Source of the DNA: Longimicrobiales bacterium
Lineage (GTDB): Bacteria > Gemmatimonadota > Gemmatimonadetes > Longimicrobiales > Gaopeijiaceae
Length of the DNA stretch: 64,000 nucleotides
NCBI GenBank assembly: GCA_963664435.2
Contig: CAXXKM010000003.1
Location: forward strand, 1,152,001-1,216,000
Direction of reading: 5' to 3'
The notes under the pieces were generated by a model. The model was given only the letters and a program-made list of their open reading frames with translations. It was not told the origin of the DNA and did no database searches. The position numbers and the translations under genes are program-made. Of the stretch, positions 55,335-64,000 are shown piece after piece (positions within the stretch are counted from its first letter, which is position 1; each line of letters starts with the position of its first letter).

Positions 55335-58176
55335 TGCGGTTCGACCGCCGCGGGTCCCGACCTTTCAGAAGTTTTACCAAGCGCTCCATGGACGCCTGCC
55401 CTTTCCTTGGCAAGCGCGGCTCGCGAAACATGTGGGGGAGCAGGAATCGTGGCCGAGGGAAGTGGGCGTGCCCACCGGACTGGGCAAGACGTCTTGCCTC
55501 GATATCGCGATCTGGTGGTTGGCGTCGCAAGCTGACCGTTGTCCCCACCGGCGTACGGCACCCACGCGGATCTGGTGGCTCGTCAACCGGCGGATTCTCG
55601 TGGACTCGACCTACGATCATGCCGTGAAGATCAGGGATGCGCTCCAAGATCCGGCGGGGCTTGGAGTCGAGGGTGCCGCAGCCAAGGTGTTGGGCGCGGT
55701 GGCCGACAGACTTCGTTCGCTGTCATCCGATCACCGAGCTGACCCGCTCGAAGTCATCCGACTCAGGGGAGGGGTGACATCGGAGCGTCCAACCGATCCG
55801 TCAAGCCCTGCGGTTGTGCTCTCCACGATCCCCATGTACGGATCTCGCCTGCTCTTCAGGGGCTACGGCTCGGGACGGTTGATGCGCCCGGTGGACGCGG
55901 CTCTGGCCGGCACGGACAGCCTCCTCCTCATTGACGAGGCGCACTTGGCGCGGCATCTGAGGAGCCTGCTTCCCAGCCTCGCCGACTCTGCTTCGTGTAC
56001 CAGTTCGATCCTCAACACCGCCCGTTCACAACCACAGGTAGTGGCGCTGACCGCCACGGGAGACGCAGTCGGCGAAGAACGCTTCGACCTGGACGAGGAG
56101 GACGAGCGGCATCCGATCGTGCGCAAGCGACTCGACGCCCGCAAGCCACTGGAGATCCGAGAAGAATCCGGTGGTGCTGGACTGCGCTTGGCGGAGGCCG
56201 CCACTCGGCTCCTGCGCACGGAACCCCATGCGACGGCGTCATGCCTCGTATTCGCGAACACGCCGGACACCGCGAGAGCTGTGTTCGATCGCCTCCGGAC
56301 TACTTTCTCCAACGCGAAAGCGGACATCGTCCTACTGACCGGCCGCATGCGTGAGCGAGAGGCGCGGGACATTCGAGAGCGGATCCTGGACTCCTCGAAT
56401 GGGATGGCTGCGACCCGCGAACGCACGGTCGCACGCGCGAAGCACTTCATCGTTGTCGCTACCCAGACGCTCGAGGTCGGTGCCGACATCGACGGGGAAT
56501 ACATGGTTACGGAGGCCTGCGGGGTTCGGGCCCTGACCCAGCGGCTGGGCCGACTGAACCGGCTCGGTTGCTTCTCCAACGCCCGCGGGATCTACGTCCA
56601 TCTTCCTGCCCCGCGCCGCAAGGGTCGGAGGGCCAAGGATGGCCCACGGTGGCCAGTGTACGGCCGGGAGCCCGAGACGGTGCTCGAACGACTCAAGAAC
56701 GCCGCCGACGGTCAAGGCGTTTCTGTCGGGCCGCGAGACGTGGCGCGAGTGCTCGGAGATCCGGGTGACGACCCGGGCCGCGCTCCTGAGATTGTGCCTG
56801 GTTTGTTGTGGGAATGGGTCAAGACGACGACCCCTCCGAAGGACGAGGCACCGGTTGAGCCGTACTTCTCCGGCATCTCCGGGCCGGACTATCGGGTATC
56901 GCTCATCTGGCGAGCGCATCTGCCCGAGGAGGAAGAGCGGCTGTGGCCTCGAGCAAGTGACCGCGAAGCGGTCGAGATCCCGCTTTCCGAGGTGCGCGAG
57001 GTGCTTGGTCGTGGTGGCAAGGAGACCCAAGTCAAGCGGCTGGCCTTCGACGGACTCACGATCGAGGACATCGACTTGGCACAGGTCCGTCCAGGGGACA
57101 CCCTCGTGTTTCCGTCTGACCAAGGCCAGTACGATGAGTTCGGGTGGAACCCGCGCTCCACCTCCGCCGTCGTCGACATGTCCCTGATCAGTCACGGCCT
57201 GCCGCTGGACGCCCAAGCGATTGGACGGTTGCTGGCTCCCCGCGCTCAACGGGCGCTGCCAAGGGAGTTTCGCGAACTGATCAAGATGGCTCTCGGCGAG
57301 GTCGAGGATCACGACGAGATCGATAAGGGGGAACAGCGAGAGGCCGTAACGCGGCTTCGCGACGTGCTCTTGGAGCAGGATGCCCCGGAGGGATGGACCA
57401 GCTCGGAGTGGGATGAGGCCATTCGAGACTTGGAACTCGAAGTCGTCCAGACACCGAAGGAGGTGCCTCGTCTTCCGAAGGCCCAAACCACCTCGGCCCA
57501 GGCACGGAGCGACGAACTGGACGAACGATCTCTCGGCCCGTCCGCCACGGAGTTGGACCCGCATGGCCGAGCCGTCGCGGCGCGAGCGGAGTCCATTGGT
57601 ACCCGCCTCGGAGTCGAGCCTGAACTGAACGATGTCGTCAGCCGGGCGGGCCGCTGGCACGATATCGGGAAGGCGGACCCGCGGTTCCAGCGGTGGCTAA
57701 AGGCCGATCCGGGCTTTCGGCCGAGCGCCGACGGAGACCGGCTCTTGGCGAAGTCGGGCACACCCCCGCACCTCTGGGAAGCTATGCGGAGATCATCGGG
57801 CTGGCCGGCGAAGGGTCGCCACGAGAACTTGTCGGCACGGCTCGCGAGGCGTTGGATCGCGTCCCGGAACGAATTGGAGCCCTCGCTGGCGGACCTTCTT
57901 CTCCACCTGATCATTTCCCACCACGGTCACGGGCGGCCACTCGTGCGACCCGCAGTGGACGGGACGGAGGAAACCTTGCGGGGGATAATCGCTGGCACGC
58001 AGTTCGAGGTTTCGGCCAATCTGGCGGTGATCGATTGGGACCAGCCGGCTCGTTTTCGGCGGCTCAACAACAGCTTCGGCCCTTGGGGTCTGGCCTTACT
58101 TGAAACCATTCTGCGGCAAGCCGACCACTCGGTGTCGGCTGGTGCCCGAGTAGCTGAACTCGAGGTCTCATCGTGA
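55327..58176 (+). CDS. cas3: Type I-G Cas3 (helicase with C-terminal HD nuclease)
   Basis: PFPWQ, PTGLGKT, IDEAH, TQTLEVGADID, QRLGRLNR; C-terminal HDIGK, RHE, HHGHGRP. Confidence 0.95.
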   Translation: MADAVRPPRVPTFQKFYQALHGRLPFPWQARLAKHVGEQESWPREVGVPTGLGKTSCLDIAIWWLASQADRCPHRRTAPTRIWWLVNRRILVDSTYDHAVKIRDALQDPAGLGVEGAAAKVLGAVADRLRSLSSDHRADPLEVIRLRGGVTSERPTDPSSPAVVLSTIPMYGSRLLFRGYGSGRLMRPVDAALAGTDSLLLIDEAHLARHLRSLLPSLADSASCTSSILNTARSQPQVVALTATGDAVGEERFDLDEEDERHPIVRKRLDARKPLEIREESGGAGLRLAEAATRLLRTEPHATASCLVFANTPDTARAVFDRLRTTFSNAKADIVLLTGRMREREARDIRERILDSSNGMAATRERTVARAKHFIVVATQTLEVGADIDGEYMVTEACGVRALTQRLGRLNRLGCFSNARGIYVHLPAPRRKGRRAKDGPRWPVYGREPETVLERLKNAADGQGVSVGPRDVARVLGDPGDDPGRAPEIVPGLLWEWVKTTTPPKDEAPVEPYFSGISGPDYRVSLIWRAHLPEEEERLWPRASDREAVEIPLSEVREVLGRGGKETQVKRLAFDGLTIEDIDLAQVRPGDTLVFPSDQGQYDEFGWNPRSTSAVVDMSLISHGLPLDAQAIGRLLAPRAQRALPREFRELIKMALGEVEDHDEIDKGEQREAVTRLRDVLLEQDAPEGWTSSEWDEAIRDLELEVVQTPKEVPRLPKAQTTSAQARSDELDERSLGPSATELDPHGRAVAARAESIGTRLGVEPELNDVVSRAGRWHDIGKADPRFQRWLKADPGFRPSADGDRLLAKSGTPPHLWEAMRRSSGWPAKGRHENLSARLARRWIASRNELEPSLADLLLHLIISHHGHGRPLVRPAVDGTEETLRGIIAGTQFEVSANLAVIDWDQPARFRRLNNSFGPWGLALLETILRQADHSVSAGARVAELEVSS

Positions 58177-59060
58177 GCTCTAAGGTCTGTCCGGGGCTGC
58201 CTGCATCCTGGATCAACGCCTGGCTGGCGGCCGTGGGAGCAACGGTTCTCAATTCGCGTCTCCGGCTGAATTGGACTGAGGACGGTACGCCGCAGGCAGT
58301 CCTTTCGGCCACGGAGGAGGATCCGTTGGACCTCTTGGCTGAGTCCTGGCCCCGTCGTGACGCCGTTGAACTCATGCCGATCGCCAGAAAGTGGCCAAAC
58401 ACGGAGAATATGGGCAGGAAAGTTGGCGTTTCCGCATTCGCCTCCCGAGTGGCCGCCACTCGTCGTGACCCACACGCCTGGACCCTTTCGTCGACCATGA
58501 CCGACCTTGACGTGGACAGGCATGGCCAGGTCGCCCACGCACCATTCGATCCTCCTGTGCCTCAAGGCCGGGTTCTCCACGAACGCCTGCTCGGGATCTT
58601 TCTCAGACCATCTGCCGAGCTTCTCGCGCGAACGTTCGATGGGATGGGCGAGAGAATTGGCAATAACGGACTGGGGTTCGACTTGTCCCGGATCGGCTCG
58701 CAATCGGACAGCGGCGAGAAATGGATCGACCCTGTCGTGGAGACATTGGCCTTCTTCGGGCTCGCCCTTTTCCCATTCCGAGGCCGAGGCACCGACGCCT
58801 CTGAAGGCGGGCAGACACGCTCGTCCGCAGTTCAAAGAGGCTGGAGGCGGTCGCAGACGGAGCAAGGACTTCGCTTCGAGTGGCCCGCTTGGAACACCCC
58901 TCTGGACTGCGCAGGAATCGACGCTCTTCTCGACCTGTGGCAACCCCACAAGAAGAAGACGTGGCAACAGTTGGGAGTTCATGATGCGTGGCGGACCGTG
59001 AGGTACGCGGCCAAGGGAACAGCCGACCCCACACGCGGCTTCGGAGCGATACGGCTGTGA
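58173..59060 (+). CDS. csb3: Type I-G Cas8-type subunit (Csb3-like)
   Basis: NAWLAAVG, PVVETLAFFGLALFP, FEWPAW..PL; located after cas3. Confidence 0.7.
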   Translation: MSSKVCPGLPASWINAWLAAVGATVLNSRLRLNWTEDGTPQAVLSATEEDPLDLLAESWPRRDAVELMPIARKWPNTENMGRKVGVSAFASRVAATRRDPHAWTLSSTMTDLDVDRHGQVAHAPFDPPVPQGRVLHERLLGIFLRPSAELLARTFDGMGERIGNNGLGFDLSRIGSQSDSGEKWIDPVVETLAFFGLALFPFRGRGTDASEGGQTRSSAVQRGWRRSQTEQGLRFEWPAWNTPLDCAGIDALLDLWQPHKKKTWQQLGVHDAWRTVRYAAKGTADPTRGFGAIRL

Positions 59061-59674
59061 AGCACGAATTCGTGGTCAGGATTTCGGCGATCGAGCACTT
59101 CGCCTACTGTCCGCGTCAGTGCGCCCTGATCCACTGTGACGGAGTGTGGACCGACAACGTGCATACCGTGCGAGGGTCGCGCGCGCACCGGCGGGTGGAC
59201 GCAGGACAATCCCGTTCCGAACGGGGCAAGCTCGTACTCAGGGCAATTCCCCTCTGGTCCGAGGCGCTGGGGCTGTCCGGCAGGGCCGACGTGATCGAGA
59301 TCGATGGCGAGGTTGTCCGACCCATCGAGTACAAGTCTGGCACGCGGCACGGATCAGCGGCGAATCTACAACTCTGTGCCCAAGCAATGTGCCTGGAGGA
59401 AATGCTCGGCGTCGATGTGCCGGAGGGATATGTCTGGTACGGCGGACCCAGACGGCGAGTTCGGGTCCCCTTGACCAAAGAACTACGGCGAGAAGTCCGA
59501 GAAGTGATTCGGCGAATTCGGCAACAACTGTCCACGGGTGACCTGCCTCCTGCGCCGAACGACGCCCGTTGTACGGAGTGCCAGCTCAGATCCCACTGCC
59601 TCCCCGAGTTGACGAGCGCGCCACTCAGAGTAGACCGCTACATGACCGGTAGAGTGTTCGAGTGCGCTACCTGA
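59057..59674 (+). CDS. cas4: Cas4
   Basis: ISAIEHFAYCPRQ, GRADVIE, PIEYK, QLCAQAMCLEE, C-terminal CxxCxxxxxC. Confidence 0.93.
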   Translation: MKHEFVVRISAIEHFAYCPRQCALIHCDGVWTDNVHTVRGSRAHRRVDAGQSRSERGKLVLRAIPLWSEALGLSGRADVIEIDGEVVRPIEYKSGTRHGSAANLQLCAQAMCLEEMLGVDVPEGYVWYGGPRRRVRVPLTKELRREVREVIRRIRQQLSTGDLPPAPNDARCTECQLRSHCLPELTSAPLRVDRYMTGRVFECAT

Positions 59675-60678
59675 ATACCCTCTACGTCCGGAATCATCGC
59701 GCTCGCGTAAAACACCGGCGCGGCTCGCTGCTCGTCGCGACTCCAGGCGATGTCCAGCGTGTTCCGCTTGAGGCGATCGATGCCCTGGTGATGCTCGGCA
59801 ACGGACAGATCACGTCGCAAGCTCTCGATGCTTGCGTAAAGCACGGCGTGCGCGTTGCGGCCTTGCGCAAGGGAGGTTCGGTGCGGTTCGTGGTTGGCCC
59901 CCAGACAGGCGGCAACGTGCACCTACGTATGGCGTTGTATCGTGCTGTAGCGGACCCGAGTCATTCCCTCGCGCTCTCCAAAGCGGTCGTCGCGGCGAAG
60001 CTGCAGAACAGTAGGAAAGTGATGGGTCGTTGGTCCCGTGATGCAGCGGACCCCCAAGTTGCCGATAATCTCGCCTCCCGCGCAGCACAGATTCGGGCGC
60101 GTGTGCCCCGTCTCGGCGAAGCTGATTCGCCAGACCGGGTTCGCGGGATCGAGGGGGATGGCGCAAGAATCTACTTTCGGGGATTACGCGAGGCGGTGTC
60201 GCGCACCGAGCTCAGATTCTCGTCGCGTTCGAAGCGGCCGCCGCGGGATCCTGTGAATGCGGCGCTCAGCTTCTGCTACGGTCTTCTCGTCACTGAGTAC
60301 ATCGGGGCCACCGAGAGCGTTGGACTGGACTACCAGATGGGGTTCTTCCACCGTCCTCGTTCGGGTCGACCATCGCTGGCGCTCGACCTTTCCGAGGAGC
60401 TTCGGCCCCTCGCGGATCGATTTGTCGTGTCGCTCATTCGCCGACGGCAACTCCAAACGACCGACTTCGCCGAGACGCCGGGAGGCGCCGTCTACTTCAG
60501 CGAGAACGGCCGGGTACGCCTCCTGGAGGCTTGGGAACAGCACAAGGGAAGGGAAATCCGCCATCGCATCCTGCGCCGCCGCGTCGGACGATGGGCGCTT
60601 CCTTCCTTGCAGGCGACCCTCCTTGCACGGCACTTGCGCGGTGACCTGCCAGCGTATCCTCCCTTCGTCATCCCCTGA
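59662..60678 (+). CDS. cas1: Cas1
   Basis: LNTLYV, RGIEG, RPPRDPVNAALSFCY, GFFH, SLALDLSEELR. Confidence 0.95.
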   Translation: MRYLNTLYVRNHRARVKHRRGSLLVATPGDVQRVPLEAIDALVMLGNGQITSQALDACVKHGVRVAALRKGGSVRFVVGPQTGGNVHLRMALYRAVADPSHSLALSKAVVAAKLQNSRKVMGRWSRDAADPQVADNLASRAAQIRARVPRLGEADSPDRVRGIEGDGARIYFRGLREAVSRTELRFSSRSKRPPRDPVNAALSFCYGLLVTEYIGATESVGLDYQMGFFHRPRSGRPSLALDLSEELRPLADRFVVSLIRRRQLQTTDFAETPGGAVYFSENGRVRLLEAWEQHKGREIRHRILRRRVGRWALPSLQATLLARHLRGDLPAYPPFVIP

Positions 60679-60681
60679 CTC

Positions 60682-60972
60682 GTGGACATCCTCGTTACCT
60701 ACGACATTGCGGACACTCGCGGTGAGGGGGGGCGGCGACTGAAACGCATCGCCCAAGTTTGCGAGAAGTATGGCGAGCGGGTCCAACTCTCGGTCTTCGA
60801 ATGCCGGTTGTCACCTTCGCGGTTAGCTCGAATGATCGGAGAGATTGAGGACATCATGGACCGCCACCTCGATTCGCTCATCGTCTATCGATTCCCGGGC
60901 CGACTGGATGAGTCCCGGCTTCGCTTCGGGCGGTCCCAGCCTCACGAACTAGGGCAACCTTGGGTGATCTGA
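60682..60972 (+). CDS. cas2: Cas2
   Basis: LVTYDI, CEKYGERVQLSVFEC, DSLIVY. Confidence 0.95.
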   Translation: MDILVTYDIADTRGEGGRRLKRIAQVCEKYGERVQLSVFECRLSPSRLARMIGEIEDIMDRHLDSLIVYRFPGRLDESRLRFGRSQPHELGQPWVI

Positions 60973-61178
60973 GCCCGGTTGCGAACCTCCAGTGATTCAG
61001 TCAGGATCGGCGACGGATACCAGAATAGAGCCCAATAGCTGCGAGATGCAGGACCTATCCCGCCGTCGATGGCTTCGTCCCTCCGCAGCTCACGCCGATT
61101 TCTTCGGTGTCTCTTTGCGTCCCAGGGTCTTGATCACGCACTCTCTTCCGTTCAGGACTATTCCGCACAAGGTTAGGG
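60973..61178 (+). promoter_or_regulatory. CRISPR leader
   Basis: Non-coding stretch between cas2 and the first repeat; the degenerate repeat lies at the opposite end. Confidence 0.7.
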
Positions 61179-63613
61179 GTGTTGCCGGGGCTTCGGCTCC
61201 GGCCTTCGTTGAGCGATCACGGTAGTACGGCACGGAGAGAGGGCTCGCGCGTGTTGCCGGGGCTTCGGCTCCGGCCTTCGTTGAGCGGTGGCGTTGGGGA
61301 ACGCCGGGACCTCCGACAGACCCGTGTTGCCGGGGCTTCGGCTCCGGCCTTCGTTGAGCGTGCTCGTACAGCTTGACCATGGAGGCCGCCGTCTCGTGTT
61401 GCCGGGGCTTCGGCTCCGGCCTTCGTTGAGCGGTTTGCGGACGTGACGGTCCACCCGGAATACGGCGGTGTTGCCGGGGCTTCGGCTCCGGCCTTCGTTG
61501 AGCGTTCTTGTCGGGCTTCGGGCCGAACGGCGGGTCGAAAGTGTTGCCGGGGCTTCGGCTCCGGCCTTCGTTGAGCGTCGGCGTTCAGATACGGACGTGT
61601 CCCGAGGATGTCCGTGTTGCCGGGGCTTCGGCTCCGGCCTTCGTTGAGCGGAGGGCGCCGCGAACCTCCTGACGGGCTTCCGGACGTGTTGCCGGGGCTT
61701 CGGCTCCGGCCTTCGTTGAGCGCACCTGGACGCCATCGCCGAGGAATCGTGGGCGGCGTGTTGCCGGGGCTTCGGCTCCGGCCTTCGTTGAGCGGAATCG
61801 GCGCGGTCTACTACCCGGTGATCCACGAGGTGTTGCCGGGGCTTCGGCTCCGGCCTTCGTTGAGCGGCGAAGGGCCAGACGGCATGGATCGGCGCCCACC
61901 GGTGTTGCCGGGGCTTCGGCTCCGGCCTTCGTTGAGCGACATCCTCTCGCTGCCGGGCCCGCCGAGGTAGAAGGGGTGTTGCCGGGGCTTCGGCTCCGGC
62001 CTTCGTTGAGCGTTGTCGAACTTCCCGGCGATGGGGGCGCGGACCGCGCGTGTTGCCGGGGCTTCGGCTCCGGCCTTCGTTGAGCGCTTTCAATCCATGT
62101 TTCCACAACTGGATCTGATCGTGTGTTGCCGGGGCTTCGGCTCCGGCCTTCGTTGAGCGACCCGGGTGGGCCCCGCGACGGAGCCGCCATCCGGTGTTGC
62201 CGGGGCTTCGGCTCCGGCCTTCGTTGAGCGGACCTCTACGTCGCTGCCTGGGGCAAGGAACGCGTGTGTTGCCGGGGCTTCGGCTCCGGCCTTCGTTGAG
62301 CGGAAGCCGCCGTAGGTCTCGCCTCGGCGTGTGAGCAGTGTTGCCGGGGCTTCGGCTCCGGCCTTCGTTGAGCGCGTGTGCTGACCTGTGCGCCGACGCG
62401 CACCAGCTGTGTTGCCGGGGCTTCGGCTCCGGCCTTCGTTGAGCGGCCAAGGCCGAACGGTATGCCGCCATCGTCAGGGACGTGTTGCCGGGGCTTCGGC
62501 TCCGGCCTTCGTTGAGCGACGGCACGCCATGCAGCCTGCCTGTCTCGTCGCGTGTGTTGCCGGGGCTTCGGCTCCGGCCTTCGTTGAGCGCCCTGTAGAC
62601 GCGCGTTCCAGAACGCGGCGATGCTCGTGTTGCCGGGGCTTCGGCTCCGGCCTTCGTTGAGCGTTGGAGACCCTTGCCCGGGCCAGACAGGAACAGCGGG
62701 TGTTGCCGGGGCTTCGGCTCCGGCCTTCGTTGAGCGGACCAGGAGGTGAATATCTCGGACGGCGAGAAGGCGTGTTGCCGGGGCTTCGGCTCCGGCCTTC
62801 GTTGAGCGCGTTCGTCGATCCGCTCCACCTCCTCCCTCGTGTAGTGTTGCCGGGGCTTCGGCTCCGGCCTTCGTTGAGCGCTGGAATATTCCGGCATCTC
62901 TGATGTCAGCTTTGGGGTGTTGCCGGGGCTTCGGCTCCGGCCTTCGTTGAGCGGGGACAGACAGAATCTTCGTGCGGATGCCGCTTGCCGTGTTGCCGGG
63001 GCTTCGGCTCCGGCCTTCGTTGAGCGCGGGCATTCCGGGAGTTCGTCGCCGACGCCGAAACGTGTTGCCGGGGCTTCGGCTCCGGCCTTCGTTGAGCGCA
63101 GCCTGGTCTTTACTTCGCGACTTCAGTGCAGGAGTGTTGCCGGGGCTTCGGCTCCGGCCTTCGTTGAGCGATCCTGTACCGCCAGAGGCCTTTCTTGGAT
63201 AGCAGGTGTGTTGCCGGGGCTTCGGCTCCGGCCTTCGTTGAGCGCGCTGAAACTGAACCAGTGGGAAAGGGGGGAGCAGCGTGTTGCCGGGGCTTCGGCT
63301 CCGGCCTTCGTTGAGCGATGGTGCGCACCGTGGACACCGCCACGGACTACGCGGTGTTGCCGGGGCTTCGGCTCCGGCCTTCGTTGAGCGGTGCGGGAGT
63401 TCCAGGTCAGGGTCTACGAGGGGGGTGTGTTGCCGGGGCTTCGGCTCCGGCCTTCGTTGAGCGGTGACGCGCGGCCCGCGCAAGGGCCTGCTCTACGCGA
63501 AGTGTTGCCGGGGCTTCGGCTCCGGCCTTCGTTGAGCGCGGACAGCGGACGTGGTAGCTCCCCCGCTCGTACACAAATGTCGCCGGGATTACGGTCCCGA
63601 CCTTCGTTGAGCG
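61179..63613 (+). CRISPR. CRISPR array: 34 repeats (33 consensus + 1 divergent terminal), 33 spacers of ~34-38 nt
   Basis: 37-bp repeat GTGTTGCCGGGGCTTCGGCTCCGGCCTTCGTTGAGCG; counted by eye. Confidence 0.97.
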
Positions 63614-63660
63614 GGTCTCCCGCTTCGCCATGCTGCCTCCGCGTAGCCCCGGAGACGGAG

Positions 63661-64000
63661 ATGACCCGAGACCGACGAGATCCCGGGCAGGTGGAGCACC
63701 TCGAAGGGATCGTCACGGTGCGGGGCGGCGGCAGGACCGTGCGTGGAAACGGGATCGCGTACAAGACGGGCATGTGGGCCGAGGAACATAGGGTCCAGTG
63801 CGCTCTCGATGAACGTGGCGATGATCCCGCCCGGCGGTGTGGCGCGAGCCCACATCCATGTGGACTTCGAGGTGATGCTCTAAATCCTTCAGGGCAAGGT
63901 GCGCCACGAGTTTGGACCGCGGCTTGAGAAGACGTTCGATAACGAAGCGGGGGACTGCATCTTCATCGAGCCCGTGCCGCACGAAGTGTTCAACCTCAGC
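63661..64000 (+). pseudogene. Cupin-domain pseudogene (runs off the window)
   Basis: LSMNVAMIPPGGVARAHIHVDFEVML*ILQGKVRH...AGDCIFIEPVPHEVFNLS with frameshift and an in-frame TAA. Confidence 0.7.

Noticed and set aside
61216..61250. Spacer 1 resembles virB9 near 13217-13232 (13/16)
   Set aside because: Seed mismatch at position 3 and no similarity after position 16; probably chance. A full spacer-versus-window alignment was not possible by eye.
62809..62843. Spacer 23 shares 15 nt with the minus strand of the AlpA remnant near 30192-30206
   Set aside because: Short match not anchored at the seed, in GC-rich DNA; not evidence of self-targeting.
61173..63483. Long repetitive ORFs across the CRISPR array
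   Set aside because: Artefacts of translating stop-free repeats.
52684..63613. CRISPR-Cas as ICE cargo or a CRISPR-associated transposon
   Set aside because: It lies outside the right att site, retains cas3 and adaptation genes, and no tns/tniQ genes are seen.

Overview
GC-rich bacterial window, possibly a sponge-associated Gemmatimonadota-type genome (inferred only from protein style). (1) Positions 1-340 hold the 3' end of a tyrosine integrase and tRNA-Val(TAC) on the minus strand. (2) A ~50 kb integrative conjugative element (301-50508) is bounded by a 43-bp direct repeat of the tRNA's 5' half. It carries an integrase, a compact VirB/VirD4 T4SS with ArdC and relaxase-like genes, a Cre-like recombinase between two inverted lox-like sites next to a large surface-protein gene, and a long defence cargo (DUF262+HEPN, OLD-type nuclease, McrBC, HNH+nucleotidyltransferase, HEPN proteins, DUF3800, GHKL/His-kinase+receiver module, N6 MTase). 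Five same-orientation copies of the element's terminal arm sequence punctuate this cargo. (3) Outside the element are a DUF1028 gene and a complete type I-G (I-U) CRISPR-Cas locus with a 34-repeat array. Top finding: a cryptic two-repeat mini-array upstream of the cas operon whose single spacer matches the predicted cas promoter at 17 of its first 21 nt, with mismatches at 6, 12, 18 (and 8), next to a TAC PAM. This suggests Cascade-mediated autoregulation in a type I-G system. All family calls are by motif recognition, not database search.
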